A stretch of 64,000 nucleotides of DNA from Takakia lepidozioides (taxonomy: Eukaryota; Plantae; Bryophyta): positions 930,001 through 994,000 of the forward strand of contig CM060732.1 of assembly GCA_030704615.1 (NCBI GenBank). Direction: 5' to 3'. The stretch's first letter is position 1. Each line of letters opens with the position of its first letter. A program made the translations under genes and the position numbers. Below the pieces are notes generated by a model. The model did no database searches. It worked only from the letters and a program-made list of their open reading frames with translations, and was not told the DNA's origin. This document shows, piece by piece, positions 49,082 through 59,964 of the stretch.

Positions 49082-52000
49082 ATGCCGAAGGGGAGGAAGC
49101 AGATGCGTCTACAGGAGGAGATTGCCATCTCCGAGCAGCAGGCCACTCAGGCAACCCAGCCACCAGTGAGAGCTCCATGCGATCGGGCTGCGCGCAGCTG
49201 ATCGAGCACCGAACCCCCCCCATTTTGCTTCTGTAATTCTTAGACTGAATGCTAGGAGACTTGAATGCAGAACATGTTTGCATGCCTAACAGGAAAGGTG
49301 GACGTGCTGGAGGGATCGCAGGAATCCGAAGAGCCGCAGGAAGAGTCCGAGGAGCTAGCTGCAGCACGTACACCCACCCGATCCCCGAGCGCGGGTATTC
49401 CTGCCGGGCCTAGCCCTCTGCGATTCAAAGACGCGTCTTCGAAGGGCAAGTTCAAAGTCCCAGAGATCGACTCGCGTTCTTCGGTCATGGAGAATCGCCA
49501 GCAGGGGTCGGGCCCTTCTCCAGCAAAGTCGAAGAAGAAGCAGCCCGTCCCTCTACTGGCTTCTGAACCGGCTCAGGCCGATTCACCCCCCCAACGCGAA
49601 TGAAGCAGCAGGGTAGAAGACAGATTCAATTGCAGCAGACACCTTCACCTGCAAGGATGAGGAAGCAGAAGGCAATCAGGGCGACGGCCGAACAATCTCC
49701 CGCAAAACCGCTTCCACGAGCTGAAGCTCAGTTCCTGGAGGATTTCCCGCCTGCAGATGTTGGGGCCGACTCTGCTGCAGCGAAGGCAATGGGATCGACC
49801 GTTGATCTCGATTTGGTACCGGAGGAGGGTGCTGCCGCTGAACGTTCGCAAGACCTCACCACCGATGAGCAAGCAGGCCCGGAGGAGGCCTCTGCAATGG
49901 CAGAATTGCCCGCACACAGGCCCCAGAGTGCAGCTCCAGTTGAGGATGCTCCAGCTGCTCAGCCACTACCGGCACCTACAGACATGTCTCCGGAGGATTT
50001 CAAAAGTGCAGCGGATAAAATGTTGGAGGAGACACACAGTAGCATTGGCAGAGTTCTGGGCAGCAGGGTATTCCAGCGGACTCTTCGAATCCCACTCTGT
50101 CGCATGGTCTCCCTTCCCATCGTCAGGCAGGCCCTTCCCGGAGATGTGGATAAGCTCAAGTTCGCATTTCGAGAAGGGTACCGTCTGGGATCGGCAGCGT
50201 TTTACGTTTCCATTGAGAATGAGGACGGCGAAACTCGTGGACCCACTGCCGATGAATTGTCAACGTGGGATACCCACTGGCACACTCGCAACCACGAATT
50301 CGAGGCGACGCTGAAGGGTGATCCAGACTTCGGCCATATGTCGGGTAAAATGTTCTTTGTGTGGGACGGGAATCACCGACTTCTCGCCTGGTGGGAGTAC
50401 ATCAAGCAGAACCATGCCAAGCACATTGGCTGGCATTACATGGTGGAGTGTGTCATCCTCAAGGTGAAGGCGGCAGACTCCTCCCTGCTCAAGAATGCCA
50501 TGGCGGACCTCAACTCGTAAGATACTCATACCCTCCCTAGCACGTTCGAAATGCGGTGCCGCATTTCGGTTTCCATTCTGGTTTGTTTCCGTGCTTCCGT
50601 GTACTGAACTGGAGAGTGTGCCTTGCAGGGTCACTGAGAATGCGTACGTGCATACCCACATGGCACATATGCTGTACAGGGTGAGGAAAACTGGTCTCAC
50701 TGATCCGCAGATGTTTGCGGAAATGCTGGAGCCCGAGCTCATTCAGAAAGCCGTTGCAAAAACAGACCGGACATGGTATCGTCTCACTATGGATGGAATG
50801 GTGGAGGTGATATACGAAGTAAGTCGTCTCCAATTTCCCTCTGCTCATCCTTCCCCAATTTCAGTAATGTTTCCACATGAATCGAATGTAACGCTTCTGC
50901 ATGTTTTTGTTGGCAGTCAAACATCAAGCTGGATTTGGCCCATGCCAAACGCTTCTTCATGGAAAGTGAGGGGCAGGTCAAAACGTTGCAGTCATTGACT
51001 GAGCACTTGAAGGAAGCCGGTGTCAAGTCCAGAACCAAATACAAGTCAAAGCTTGTGAAGCTGGTGGCAATTGCAGATCCGGCACTTGGAAAGGACTTCA
51101 TCCCCGAGATTGCAAAACACTATTCTCGGGCCATGCAGCCGACCATGCAATTGGAGAAACTGCATCACCTCTCAACGGCATGTGTGGAGGCGAAAGAGAA
51201 GGTGAGGTTTCAATGCACTGAAGTTCCTTCCTAGCAATAGCCACTCTCTTCCAGCTCCTGACATTGGATCGGAAATGGCAGACACGGTGGCTGTCGATCT
51301 GGAATGCATCCGAGAGCATAAGGACAATGTGGTCTTTTCCACTGGAAGTTTCCGACCCTGCAGTGGATGTGTGGCTCAACCGTATGACTTGGTGGTTCCA
51401 GGTAATTCAAGGTACTTCCCCAGATTTGCTTTTCTGACATGAATTCCCTGAACTGCTACGTGACAATGCATTTGGGAATCGCAGGTAATGTCGAATGCGA
51501 AGGAGCAAGTCGTAATGCACACAAATTCGTTCGGCTTGTACGTCAAATGGGATGGAACACAGACATTGGAAGACTACGTGACACGTTTCAGATGTGCGTA
51601 CAAGGACAACCTTTTCGCCAGAGAGCTACAGACAGCAAGAAGGAGCGTGGAGTTTACACATCAGGAGGGAGCGGGGAAAGCTGCAATGCGAATTGTTTAC
51701 AGGTGAAGCACAGCTGCCCTTGTATGCGAAGCCTGGTTACGAGGTTTGTCTCGGAAATGCGGCACCGCATTCGCATTTTATGTTTTCGGTGGCACTCTGC
51801 CAGTAGGTTGGTCTCAACTTTTGCTCACGCATGCTGACTGCCTTGCAGGTATATGAAATACGTGCTCCTTCAGACAGGGGCCCTGGCTCAAGAGCCCCCG
51901 TTCTTCATGGCTTGGACCGTGGCGGGCCCAAGCTGTGTCTACACACCCGAGATGCAGAAACAATGGCATCCCGCGCATCTCGTTGGATGCCCGTGGTACC

Positions 52001-54216
52001 TGGACATGTCTGGCGGTATTGTTGACGAGTCTGAGAAAGATCTGCACGCCTTGGCAGAAGAGAAGAGAAAGGAAAGACGTGTCCCTGCTGGGCCAAAGTC
52101 GGCAAAGGAATCTGCTGCTCTGGAAGAATCCAGAAAGGCAGCTGAGATGGCACAAAAGACGGTGGATGCAGCTGTGCAGGCCCAACAGAAGGGGTCGAAG
52201 AAGAGGACTCGCCAGCAAGGAGCAGCTGTTGTGACACCAAAACGAAGAAGCAGAAACAGCCTGTTCAGGAAGAGGGTGAGGAAGAGGACTCCGATGGAGA
52301 CTTTGCAACCAGCCCACCCCCCCAAACGCAGGCTGCCTCCCCTGTGCCCACCGTTGTCACGAGGCACGAGAACTGGCTCGGCAAAGAAGGCACTCTTCAA
52401 CCCCCCAGGGGGGCACCCTTTCGAGCCGGTGAAATGAAGAGGCCGAAAGTGGCTCCCGAAACTGTAGTCCAGTGTGTAAATGAGAGTTTCTTGGCGGCTT
52501 TGGATGGACGGGCAGCCAAGTTGGCATACATGAAGACCATGGAGGGTCTGAAGGGCAGAGCACTGAAGAAGGCGACTGCCGAAGAGCCTTCCGACACCCC
52601 AGGATTTCAGAATATGGTCTCGTTCTTTGAGAGGGTGTGTGCAGACAAGGATTGTAGGAGGGGCGGAAATGCCACCGAGTGGTCTTGCGATATGATCATC
52701 TTGGATATTCCGGACGGAGAGCCTGTGGAAGGACTGCAAGCTTTGCCATCTTGGAACAGGTACTCGGAGGACTTTTGGAAGAAAGGATTCGGGCTTGCCC
52801 GCATGGTGTTGGACGACAGAGGCTGTGTGGTTGTCCTGGCGAGCAGAGGAAAAAACACTCAGACAGGAATTGCGAAGTGGACCCGCAAGAGCGCCGTCCC
52901 GATTCTGAAAAAGAAGTGGACGTGCATCAACACACTGGGGCCTTCGGTCGGAAGGGAAGAAGGTGATTACGACACTGGCACTCGTCCATTCATTTGCTTG
53001 GGTGTTTTCAAATGCGGTGCCGCATTCGGTTTCTAATCGTTTTCCCCCTGTGTATGCAGACGAAGCAGTTCGATGCACTGCTTTGTGAAGGAGAACTCCA
53101 CCTTTGCTTTCCGGAAGGAGGGAGGAAAGGTTGACCCGAACTGCGACCCACTCGATTACGACGTTCTGTTCAACAACGTTCCCAAGGAACTTCTCCCTCA
53201 TAGCCTCACTTCAACGGAACCCCTGCGGTACTCACGGACTCGGAGCCCTGCCTTCATTCAGACAATTATGGAGACATGCACAGACGTGGAGGGCACAGTG
53301 CTCGACCTCATCTGTGGGACAGGTGCAGAATCTTGATCTATGCTGTTCTGCAAATTCTCGTTAGGATGTAGTTCGCAACATCTGAAGCGCCATGTGGTAA
53401 TGTGTGGATGGCATTGTAACAGGTGCCTCAATGTGGGCTGGGCGGTTTTCCGACCGGCACCTCTTTGCCTACGAGGAGGATTCATCCGTGTGGGGATCCC
53501 ATCTGGAGGGGCTGCAACGGAATGTGAAGGCTCCCCGACAGAGCGGAAGTCTCCTCGGATTCGTCGGAGTCCGAGGAAGACACAGTGGACATTGATGCGG
53601 AGGAGAACCCGGAATACGAGTGAGTGCAAACATTGTAAGTTTGCAAAGCCTTCTGGGTCATTTATGTCAAACGAATTTCCCGACTGTGGTTCTCATTAGT
53701 CTCGTTGATGATTGTCATGTGCAGGATTGCAGGGTCCGGGTCGAAACATGTAGGGCCTACACTTCCTGCCAGGAAGAATGTCCCGTTCTTTGCGAGGGCC
53801 GACTTCATGACGAGCCCGGTGAGGGACTACTCCCTTCCTAGTTATGCAGCTAAACTCGCAAATACAGCGATTAGAAGAAGTGAGAATCCCAGTAAAGTAG
53901 AGCAGATTTTGGAGAGGGCTAGGGAGGACAGAAGGATAAGGAAAGAGTTGGCAGCAGCTCAGACAGGTAGACGGGTACGAAAGTACATATGTGATTCAGC
54001 GATGAGAGCGACGCAGACAGGGAGGAAGACGACCCAACGGAGGTGAGATGGACAGTTCCGCAAGGGGAAGATGGGATTTTCGAAAGCCTGGCCAACGAGC
54101 AGTCCGCTGGAGATGAGAGAGGCACTGAGGGGTGGAGGAGGAGCAGGACAGTCTAGAACAGGATGAGGATTCGGATGATTTTCAAGATTAATAGAATTTT
54201 AATGAAGTCTCTGTAA
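49082..54216 (+). CDS. ParB-methyltransferase cargo gene, outer copy
   Basis: DGNHR at 50365, DIPD at 52704, VLDLICGTG at about 53298; same exon structure as the inner copy. Confidence 0.75.
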
Positions 54217-54328
54217 ATGTAAATTCTCTTCCAGAGTATATAAAGGAAATTCTGCCCGACATTCGTGACCCCTCTCCAGTGTGCATTCCAGCCACACAAT
54301 CGCCCAAACCACGACGCTCCCAAAATCA

Positions 54329-54985
54329 GAAATGGGGCATTTCCAAAATTTTGGCAACTCTAAGAACCTCTTTTGGAAATGCGGCACCGCATTTCCAAAA
54401 CAGGGGAGGGACTAAATTTTCCATTTCAATGTTGGCATAGTAAAAAGTAATCTGAATTGGAAATGCGGTGCCGCATTTCCAAAATTTCCTTTGTCCACAC
54501 GCCAGTTTTGGCCTCTCCCGCTCATTGCATGGATGCCACCACGCTTACAGAGGTCGAACAAGAGGTCGAACAAGGAGGTCGATGGCGGGATTGAAAATGC
54601 GGTGCCGCATTTCCATATTGGGGATGGTCGTTGTTCGAACTGCAGGCCCATCAGCAAAAATTGGCACCGCATTCCATTGTAAAAAAAAGTCGATGACGGA
54701 CATGGAAATGCGGCGCCGCATTTCCAGAACGGACATCGCAATTTGTCCATTTGCAGACCCTCTCTCGGAAATGCGGTAACGCATTCCATCGCGCTGGTCG
54801 GAAATGTCACACTTTTCGAAGTGTTGGACGGAAATGCGGCACCGCATTCCCTTGTCCAAAAGAAGTTTCCATTGCCAAGCTGGAAATGCGTCGCCGCATT
54901 TGCAATGCCAACCTCGTTTTCTGATCAATTTATAGACCCGTGTTGGTATTTCGTGTACCTGGACGGAAATGATGCACCGCATTTA
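54329..54985. repeat. Second palindrome cluster, outer copy
   Basis: Homologous to 41766-42427. Confidence 0.88.
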
Positions 54986-55261
54986 CATGTGACATGGAAA
55001 TGGACCAGAATTATTTCAATGTCCGACATGGCGTTACTCTGGTATATTCTTGACACATGACTCACATACCGGTTACTCTGCTATATTCATCCGGACAGAC
55101 ACATTGTAGAAATGAGACATCAAATTGTAAACAGTGGGCCAATTCCGACAGTTATTCAACACAATGAAACACAATCATACAAAGTGAGGTACGATGGGTT
55201 TATTGATCGGACACGATGTCTCACATTTACCAACTGCAGACAAAACTAAGCCCTTCCTCCT

Positions 55262-55972
55262 CTACATGGGCTTCACCAAGTCGACGGAACTTCGATACCT
55301 CAAAACAAGCTCATCACTGCTGCGGCACCTCGAGGTAAACTGCAATTCGGTCGTTCTGCTGCCCTTGCTGGAGCCGACGACAATGTCATGTCCATCAATG
55401 ATACCACCATCATACATTGACAAGGTCACTGTGGGCCTCATGTGCCCGTGCGATTCGTCTTCGCAACTCAGCCGAATGTCTCCATACACTGGAAGAGCGG
55501 AGTGATCTGCACGTATATAGTTTTCCCCGGTGCCGTCCTCCCTGGTCCACTGGCAGCAGTTCCAGCGCCAAAGCGAGGCCGTGCGTGATCTGTCCGGCAT
55601 CCCTTTCCAGCTTGGTATATCGAGGTCAACAATTTTCAGGACCCACGGACCGCATTGACCCTCGCCCTCACCTCGCTCAAAGCGGTAATAGCCCTCCAGA
55701 TACTCCATTGCGCGCAAAGACTCTTGCTTGATTCCAGCAGCGTCTGTGAAAACAGAGAGCCAGACAATGATGTCTCCTGATTCTGGTTTGAACATAGCAT
55801 AATCGTGGCCATGATAAGGGCAGTCGGCTGGATTTCGGCGGCACGGCATCCTTGAAAAAGAGTAGCGGAGTACGCTCAATGACAGCAGCTCCCGGATGGA
55901 GGAGGAGCAGCGCGGTGGCTGGAAAAAGTTCAAGCTAACGCTGCAATTCCTCACAAACACTCCAGGGCACAT
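55262..55972 (-). CDS. Unknown cargo protein A (236 aa, intact), paralog of protein B; deleted in the inner copy
   Basis: Shares blocks with B: SFxRMPCxRNxxDCP..DYAM, SGDI, FERG, PWxLxIxDxDxPS, RWNCCxWT, PxYGDIR, DGGxIxGxDIVV, ELVLR. Confidence 0.75.
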   Translation of the reverse strand: MCPGVFVRNCSVSLNFFQPPRCSSSIRELLSLSVLRYSFSRMPCRRNPADCPYHGHDYAMFKPESGDIIVWLSVFTDAAGIKQESLRAMEYLEGYYRFERGEGEGQCGPWVLKIVDLDIPSWKGMPDRSRTASLWRWNCCQWTREDGTGENYIRADHSALPVYGDIRLSCEDESHGHMRPTVTLSMYDGGIIDGHDIVVGSSKGSRTTELQFTSRCRSSDELVLRYRSSVDLVKPM

Positions 55973-56132
55973 TTAAATTTCCCCCCTACAGGATCCTGGA
56001 CCGATGAAGATTGGCTGCTGCATGAATGTAGCCGTTTCAGTTTCCTACCCTGCCATGCAAACTATGGGCAGTCACTGCCAGGTGGGCCGATAGCCACTGG
56101 ACACGACGAAGTCCATCCCCTCTTCGATGTAA

Positions 56133-56962
56133 ATGCGGCGCCGAATTTCCATCCGGGGGGATGGACTTCGGTGGCAGATCTCAAACTATAACTTGTTGAT
56201 GAGAAAGATGTATGGGTTCATCCACCGCTGGCGTGATGAACACGTTCCACCTCCGTCGGTGGGTACGTGTGACCCAGATGCTCCATTATTGGAGGCCGGA
56301 CTGCTCTTCCGCTTCGTATCATTTCCAAAATCTAAGGGCTTCGTAGCTGTCCGCAAGGTCATCGGCATCCAAGTCGTCCTCAGGTCCTCCTTTGCAAGGA
56401 TGCCGTGCTTCCGGAACCGGGACGACTGCCCCTTTGGAGGCATCGATTATGCAATGTATTCGGCCACATCGGGAGACATTGTTATCTGGTACACAGATTA
56501 CACAGAAGATACTGGTTCGATTGTGGAAACATTGGTGGCTTTTGAGTATATCGTAGGCCACTACGCCTTCGAGCGGGGTGACGATCTTGGTCTGAGGAGT
56601 CCGTGCTCCTGCGCATCCTCGATTCCGATTTTCCCAGCTACGACGGTCACCCATGCAGAAGAAGGCGCACTGCTATGCTGTTGCGGTGGAACTGCTGCCA
56701 CTGGACGTGGGTGGACTCCATCGGAGAGACCTATTCTCCTCGAGGAGTGCGCTCCTCTTCTCCATTGTATGGGGACATTCGCATTGGTGTGGACGACGAA
56801 AACGTGAAGATTTCCATATTCGATGGTGGTATGATTGAAGGGCAGGACATTGTGGTGAACATCACTAGGGGCGGTACAACGGCTGCAATCGACTTTACAT
56901 GGAGGAGCCCCATGACTCATGAGCTAGTTCTGAGAGCAGTCGAAGTCCCATTGACAACGTGA
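56133..56962 (+). CDS. Unknown cargo protein B, outer copy (one frameshift near 56603)
   Basis: Near-identical to 42876-43639, with frameshifts at different positions. Confidence 0.7.
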
Positions 56963-57435
56963 CTTGTATTCAGTAGGCACAGGCTCAAGATTTGATGCAC
57001 AATCAGCACAGTAGACGTGCTTCAAATGCAATTCATGTGGATCAATAAAAACCTCATTGTGCCCTCTTTTTATTCTATTCTGTGTCCATCGTTCCGAGAA
57101 TGCGTCATTGCTCATTTCGTTTGGGATTGGGAGTGTGGGTGGATTTTGCAAATGGCTGGTAGGCTGAAATGGGCCCCCATTGTACAGAGCAGTACCACCC
57201 TACCATTCGCGAAACATTGCCTTTCAATATATAATTCTAAATAACATTGCCGAACCTCCTTCATCGGGAGGTCCTTCTCCCCCTATGACCGTGGCACCCT
57301 AAACCCTATTCCCGCGGACACTCATTTCCGGAAAATAGTGCTGCTCATGTTTTTTTCCACACTTACGACTCTGCTCATGGCTCATGCCGCTCATGGCTCA
57401 TGGCTCATGAAATAGCAGCCCCCCCCCCCCCGGGC

Positions 57436-57622
57436 CAAACGAGTCGTGGCCGACGTCCATGATCTGGACCTAGGGGAGAATGCCGACCACGAGGGTCTGA
57501 GGGAACCACGAAATCTACCAGATACGGCCAAACCAGTCTCTTTGGAAGGAGCAGTTACCTTTAATGAGGAAGACATTCCAGGGTTGGTAATTACCGGCAA
57601 GGCAAATTGCAGATGTGGGTAG
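57436..57622 (+). pseudogene. C-terminal tail of the CACTA TnpD
   Basis: Removing the MULE restores KDPPA|KRVVADVHDLDLGE...CG*. Confidence 0.75.
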
Positions 57623-58479
57623 TGAAGGGGAAGATTATTTGGATATAGATAGTGAGCCCAGCTGAATCTCAGTGTCCATTAAGCGAGCAGCTCATAGACG
57701 AGCTATGCTAAGGACTCTTACTGTCCTTAGAACCCATTTTGTACAGTCCTGCAAGCGCGCAAGGGCGAGACAGTTAATAGTATCGATAATGTCCCGGTAT
57801 GTGGTCCGTACTGTGAACAAACCTTTTTTTGTTCTGCCAATATTGTTTCTGGACATGTGAGGAGAGGATCGTCTTCATGTACGGGAAGTAGACGTGAATG
57901 TGGCATGCATTTTCTGGCCCAGCTGCATGCTTTCCAGGAACAAAGACCAGTGGAATGGGGGTGTCTCCAAAAGAGCAGGACCAAACGACACCTTTTTGTG
58001 CTTCCCTTGCTTTCCTTCTCACCGTTGTTGCATTCTCCCACCTGCCGCAGCACTCTTGAAGCAATAGCATGACATGAGTTGCAACATGGTCTTCTTCACC
58101 AGCGAATGAGCTTTTTTGCTACATGTACTGCCACGTCCACATTAACGTTGATCCCTGCAAGCACTTGGCAAGACGCCCCAGAGCCGCAAATCCAGCAACC
58201 ACCACAAACACATCTAACTGATTGTAGTGACACGGGAATAGCTCACTTGTAGAGGAATTGAACCTCCAGCCAAATGAATGGCTCTGCCCCTTGTAGCACA
58301 AGTGCGATGCAAAACAAGGTGAGTACAAAATGAAGAAGCACTTACGAGGTCCCCATCCCTCGGATGGGCTCCCACTTGTGCTCTGGAACTGTGCAGGCCT
58401 GACTAGCACCAAATTGCATGAATCCTAAGCCTGAATGTCAAATGCAAGTTTATGTCGCGATGCAGCACGCCATCATCTA

Positions 58480-59352
58480 ACCTGTAGTTTCCAGTTTCAC
58501 TGGTGTCACAACTGCCTTCAAGTCAACATCAAAATTAAGTCCACCTATGCGCAAATCGCAAAAGTCTCATGACACCATCTGCCGCCGCTGGTTTGGCATG
58601 ATATGATTGTAGTTCACAACCTTAATGAACGCTTTCAGCCTTGACCTCTTTGCGATCTTCTTCTGTGACTGCTTCTTCATAATTTATGAAAGGGAAAAGT
58701 AGCTACACATCAAATTCTTGCAAGTACAGGGGGGTACTCAGGCCTCCTTGGGAGAAAGAGTGCCATAAACACAGACACATCTTAAATGTAAAAATTGGAG
58801 AAGCGAACGTCTGGTGGCAATAACTGCCTAAACCAGAATTATACTCCATTCCAGCGCACATGTAAAGGGTCGGATGATAACTCGGAATCCCAGTTGGAGA
58901 TAATGAGACGAATACATGACTATCTTGCGAGTTTCAACTTTCTTGGAGGTAGTTTCCAGTTTCTCTGGTGTCACAACTGCCTTCAAGCTGGGTTTAGAGG
59001 AATTAAGTCCCACTCGCAAATGCAGAATGTCTCCCTCATCTGCGTGGGCAAAATGGGGTTTGGCATGATATGATTGTAGTTCAACCAAAGGGCATATTCT
59101 TCAGCCTTGACGTCTTTGCGATCTTCTTCTGTGACGCCTTCTGCATAAATTGTGAAATGGAAAAGCAGCTACACATCAAATTATTGCGATGCCACTCAAT
59201 GGCACTATGAACGTTTCGAGCATGCTGTCAGAAAAGTAGACGGGCAAAAAAACCCAATTCAGCAGCCTCACCTTGCGTGGATACTTGGGAATTGATGCCA
59301 GAAGGGCATGCCCGTATGCGCGCTCCATCGTGCCTCCATCCAGCACATTCTG
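58480..59352 (-). pseudogene. RPL27: Captured ribosomal protein eL27 gene fragment with an intron and a duplicated downstream exon
   Basis: LDGGTMERAYGHALLASIPKYPRK|GT (59272-59352); KKQSQKKIAKRSRLKAFIKVVNYNHIMP..FDVDLKAVVTP (58480-58680); second copy ending KAVVTPEKLETTSKKVETRK (58900-59145). Confidence 0.8.
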
Positions 59353-59964
59353 TAAATGATGAATGACCAAGACCCCGATGTCACACCGTTATGAGAAGCC
59401 ACTACGCGCGCTCACAGTATACGAAGGCCTTGTCGTGTCAGGATTTCCATTCCCACGTCCCGCCATGTCCGACGCAGCACTTGCATCCTTGTCTCTGCCA
59501 GGTGGAGGCAGCACGTATTAAAATATCTATTCCCCCAAGGCCACATTTTGTTTACCTCTTTTTGTGAAAGCCACGTCAGCAAATGTGCTGCCGAGTCATG
59601 GGTGCAATGAATGCGCAGTGGTTCATGGAGTCGTTGAGTCGACTACATATTCACTTTAATGAATAAATATATTTATTCCATTAATCGAATTAAGAAAGAA
59701 AATTTGTAGTCGCATGTGCAGTAATTACAACCACTTGTAATTTTGGCTTTTTCAAATTTTATGTATTTACGCAATTCGTAAAATAGCCCGGAATTCTGCT
59801 ACGACTCCGGAGTCGTTGACCCCACTTCTGTCCGCCGTCTGAAATGCCCCCGTGGGCCCACATTGTCTGTTTCGACTCTCCAGTAGTCCCGTTTACTACC
59901 AAGTGGTTTCCGAAGTGGTCGCGGACATGCAGTCGAATCGGAAAAGACACGAATGCTTCTAGTG

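Larger units (their letters stand above)
27767..57423 (+). mobile_element. Outer copy of a ~15.2-kb Mutator-like element (27767-29690 plus 44103-57423)
   Basis: Ends GAGGTTTACTATTTCATGAGC and GCTCATGAAATAGCAGCCCCC. TSD CCCCCCGGC at 27758-27766 recurs at about 57424-57435 with longer homopolymers. The TnpD frame resumes after it. Confidence 0.92.
15605..59964 (+). mobile_element. CACTA (En/Spm) DNA transposon, ~14.7 kb once the nested MULEs are removed
   Basis: Perfect 19-bp TIR CACTAGAAGCATTCGTGTC (15605-15623 and 59946-59964), 3-bp TSD ACA, TnpD- and TnpA-like genes inside. Confidence 0.95.

Noticed and set aside
27767-57423. Simple tandem or segmental duplication
   Set aside because: The order of termini (left, left, right, right) and the rejoining transposase flanks indicate nesting rather than head-to-tail copies.
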